From assembly GCF_000008625.1 (NCBI RefSeq), contig NC_000918.1:1350001-1382000 (forward strand): a stretch of 32,000 nucleotides of DNA, written 5' to 3'. This document shows positions 29,628 through 32,000 of the stretch, in pieces; the first letter of the stretch is position 1, and each line of letters starts with the position of its first letter. This stretch comes from Aquifex aeolicus VF5 (GTDB lineage Bacteria; Aquificota; Aquificia; Aquificales; Aquificaceae). A program made the position numbers and the translations under genes. The notes below the pieces were generated by a model that worked only from the letters and a program-made list of their open reading frames with translations, had not been told where the DNA came from and made no database searches.

Positions 29628-29894
29628 AAAGAAAATCCAAGAAATGTCCACGCCCTCCGAAGTCAGTTTCAACTCCACTACGGTACATTAGGAACTTATT
29701 TAGCATTCAAAAAAGGAGTTCTTGTAAATACAGTTTCAACTCCACTACGGTACATTAGGAACAAGTGAGGAGATGGGAAAGACATGAGGAAATTCTACGT
29801 TTCAACTCCACTACGGTACATTAGGAACTGCTGGATTTCCCTTCCTTATTTTAATGTTCATTACGTTTCAACTCCACTACGGTACATTAGGAAC
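29599..29894 (-). CRISPR. CRISPR array: four perfect 30-bp repeats plus one degenerate terminal repeat
   Basis: Perfect GTTTCAACTCCACTACGGTACATTAGGAAC at 29666-29695, 29733-29762, 29799-29828 and 29865-29894; intervals of 38, 37, 36 and 36 nt. Minus-strand form GTTCCTAATGTACCGTAGTGGAGTTGAAAC ends in GAAAC. With the degenerate repeat at the low-coordinate end, this indicates minus-strand transcription. Confidence 0.96.
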
Positions 29895-30009
29895 CCTGCG
29901 TGCCTGTGTCTAAAAAATAACGTACTATCAATAACTTATTAGACACCCGACCCTCACGAAACGAATGTTAATTTCCGCTAACCCAAGGTTCTGCAAGCTT
30001 GAGTATACC

Positions 30010-30038
30010 TTTATAAAATTTTTACCCTTGATTTTCAA
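30010..30038 (-). promoter_or_regulatory. Candidate CRISPR leader promoter
   Basis: Minus strand TTGAAA (30033-30038), 17 bp, TATAAA (30010-30015), about 115 bp before the first repeat and pointing into the array. Confidence 0.5.
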
Positions 30039-30137
30039 TCCTTTCAACTTTATCGCATCATGATTTCATTTCATCACACCATCAAAACATCACTTATCAA
30101 GACCCACCACCCCTATTCAGTTGCCAAGGAGCCGGCT

Positions 30138-30158
30138 GGGGCTTTTTAGCCCCTTTTT
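30138..30158 (+). terminator. Intrinsic terminator-like hairpin (plus strand)
   Basis: GGGGCT-TTTT-AGCCCC followed by TTTTT; perfect 6-bp stem (30138-30143 / 30148-30153). Confidence 0.65.
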
Positions 30159-30177
30159 AAAAGTATATCACATATCT

Positions 30178-31698
30178 TTAATGTTTAAAGTGTCTTAAAC
30201 CTGTGAATATCATCGCTATTCCGTGTTCATTGCACGCATCTATTACTTCCTGATCTCTTATAGAACCGCCGGGTTGGATTACCGCAGTTATTCCTTCTTT
30301 AGCCATTATGTCTATACTGTCTCTGAACGGGAAGAAAGCTTCCGAGGCTACCACGGCACCTTTGAGGTCAAAACCAAACTCCTTGGCTTTGTTTATAGCA
30401 CATTTCAAACTGTCAACTCTGGAAACGTTTCCCGAGCCTATGCCGAGAGTTTGTCCGTTTTTGGCTATAACTACGGCATTTGACTTTGTGTGTTTTACCA
30501 CTTTCCAAGCGAATAACAGATCTTCCATTTCTTCTGCCGTAGGTTCTCTTTTCGTGACCACTTGGAGTTTTTCGTAAAGTACCGTGTCTTCGTCCTGAAG
30601 GAGGTAACCGCCGCTAACTTTTTTCACGTCAAAGGCGTGTTGAAAGCCGAAGAACCTTATGACTCTTAGATTTTTCTTTCTTGATAATTCCCTTAAAGCT
30701 TCTTCGTCGTAATCGGGGGCAATCACAACTTCAAGGAACATGGAGGTTAATTCTTTTGCGGTTTCCCCGTCAACCTTATCGTTAAAGGCCACTATCCCCC
30801 CGAATGCGGATACGGGATCGGCTTCCTTTGCCCTCAAAAACGCTTCTTTTACGGAAGAGCCGAGAGCTACGCCACAGGGATTGTTATGTTTTATGATTGC
30901 ACACACAGTTTGATTGGGAAATTCCGCAACTAACCTAACCGCGGAATCGGCGTCCAGATAATTGTTAAATGACATTTCCTTTCCTTGAAGGACCTGAGCT
31001 TTAGTTATTCCTATATCTTCCAAAGGGTTTTCGTAAAGGAAACCTCTTTGATGGGGGTTTTCTCCGTACCTCAGTTTCTGCATACGCTTAAGGGGGAGAG
31101 CTTCTTCCTTCCCGAAAGTATCTATGGAATAGAGCTTCTTAAAGGCTTGAGATATTACACCGTCGTAGTAGGCGGTATGGGAAAAGGCTTTCCATGCAAG
31201 GTAAGCCCTGTCCTGAAGTGTCAGGTTTCCCTTCTTTAACTTTTCTATTACCCAGTCGTAATCTTCCGGATCTACGAGGATGACAACCCTGAAGAAGTTT
31301 TTTGCAGCCGCCCTTATGAGCGTAGGTCCCCCGATGTCTATAAATTCCATTAAGTCTTTATCCGTTAAACCTTCCTTTAATTTCTCTTCAAAGGGGTACA
31401 GGTTTACGACGACAACGTCTATGGGTTTTATTCCATGCTTTTCTATTTCTTCCTTGTCCTTTTCTACCCAGTCTCTGAATAAAATTCCTCCGTGAACTAC
31501 AGGGTGGAGGGTCTTAACCCTTCCCTCAAGTATTTCGGGAAAACCTGTAATTTCGGAAACCTCTTTCACGGAGATGCCTTTCTCTCTGAGGTACTTCGCC
31601 GTTCCTCCCGTTGATACGATTTCGTAGCCGAGTTCCTGAAGAGCTTTTGCCAGTTTGTCTATTCCTTCCTTCCTGTATACGGATATTATCGCCCTCAT
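30178..31698 (-). CDS. purH: Bifunctional AICAR transformylase / IMP cyclohydrolase
   Basis: 506 aa; RAIISVYRKEGIDKLAKALQELGYEIVSTGGTAKYL, SEITGFPEILEGRVKTLHP, LRYGENPHQRG, IIKHNNPCGVA. Confidence 0.98.
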   Translation of the reverse strand: MRAIISVYRKEGIDKLAKALQELGYEIVSTGGTAKYLREKGISVKEVSEITGFPEILEGRVKTLHPVVHGGILFRDWVEKDKEEIEKHGIKPIDVVVVNLYPFEEKLKEGLTDKDLMEFIDIGGPTLIRAAAKNFFRVVILVDPEDYDWVIEKLKKGNLTLQDRAYLAWKAFSHTAYYDGVISQAFKKLYSIDTFGKEEALPLKRMQKLRYGENPHQRGFLYENPLEDIGITKAQVLQGKEMSFNNYLDADSAVRLVAEFPNQTVCAIIKHNNPCGVALGSSVKEAFLRAKEADPVSAFGGIVAFNDKVDGETAKELTSMFLEVVIAPDYDEEALRELSRKKNLRVIRFFGFQHAFDVKKVSGGYLLQDEDTVLYEKLQVVTKREPTAEEMEDLLFAWKVVKHTKSNAVVIAKNGQTLGIGSGNVSRVDSLKCAINKAKEFGFDLKGAVVASEAFFPFRDSIDIMAKEGITAVIQPGGSIRDQEVIDACNEHGIAMIFTGLRHFKH

Positions 31699-31710
31699 TT
31701 GTAAAACATC

Positions 31711-32000
31711 TTACCTCAGCAACCTCAGTATGTCGTTTATGAACACGAAAATCGTGAGGGTTATGATTATGGCAAGTCCTACCCTTTGCCAGTACTCCTT
31801 GAACTTTTCAGGAAGAGGTCTTCCCCTTAACCACTCTATGGCAAACAGCAGTATCAGTCCACCGTCGAGTATGGGTAGGGGAATGAGGTTAAAAATACCA
31901 AGTTGAAGTGAAATGAAAGCCATCATAACGAGGTACGGGATAAATCCGCTCTGGGCGGCCTGTCCCGCTATTTGTGCTATCGCTATAGGTCCCCCGAGAG
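31711..32000 (-). CDS. rseP: RIP zinc metalloprotease RseP/site-2 protease, C-terminal part (5' end outside window)
   Basis: The frame extends beyond the track ORF to the window edge: LSGGPIAIAQIAGQAAQSGFIPYLVMMAFISLQLGIFNLIPLPILDGGLILLFAIEWLRGRPLP, the RseP C-terminal signature. Confidence 0.9.
   Translation of the reverse strand, partial: LGGPIAIAQIAGQAAQSGFIPYLVMMAFISLQLGIFNLIPLPILDGGLILLFAIEWLRGRPLPEKFKEYWQRVGLAIIITLTIFVFINDILRLLR

Noticed and set aside
29583-29678. N-terminal extension of FliQ (MELKLTSEGVDISWIFFVPNVPCGRSYGKNLY)
   Set aside because: It translates CRISPR repeat and spacer sequence; normal FliQ homology begins at MEQDL (29582).

Overview
This window looks like chromosomal DNA from an Aquifex-type hyperthermophile, probably A. 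aeolicus or a close relative. That assignment rests on protein character and recalled gene content; no database was searched. The backbone is a long transcription/translation block on the + strand: tRNA-Thr(TGT)-Tyr(GTA)-Gly(TCC)-Thr(GGT)-tuf-rpmG-tRNA-Trp-secE-nusG-rplKAJL-rpoB-rpoC. Other recognisable genes are der, fliP with a probable fliO, an archaeal-type 3-dehydroquinate synthase, coaX, hyuB, a secreted subtilase with a possible C-terminal sorting signal, a lipoate-protein ligase, a RusA-type resolvase, rplS, rnhB, a metallophosphoesterase-fold protein with degenerate motifs, tRNA-Asp, a BioB/LipS-like radical SAM protein, thiD, fliR, fliQ, purH and the C-terminal part of rseP. There is a small CRISPR array with no cas genes in view: four perfect 30-bp repeats plus one degenerate terminal repeat. 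It lies directly in front of fliQ. Its leader side carries a plausible minus-strand promoter and a 41-bp inverted-repeat element. An unexplained plus-strand terminator-like hairpin lies farther out. I did not find a clearly new multi-gene system. The best leads are the CRISPR/fliQ junction and its leader region, the orphan terminator, the zinc-ribbon insert in RpoB, the LplA plus LipS-like pairing, and the degenerate phosphoesterase.
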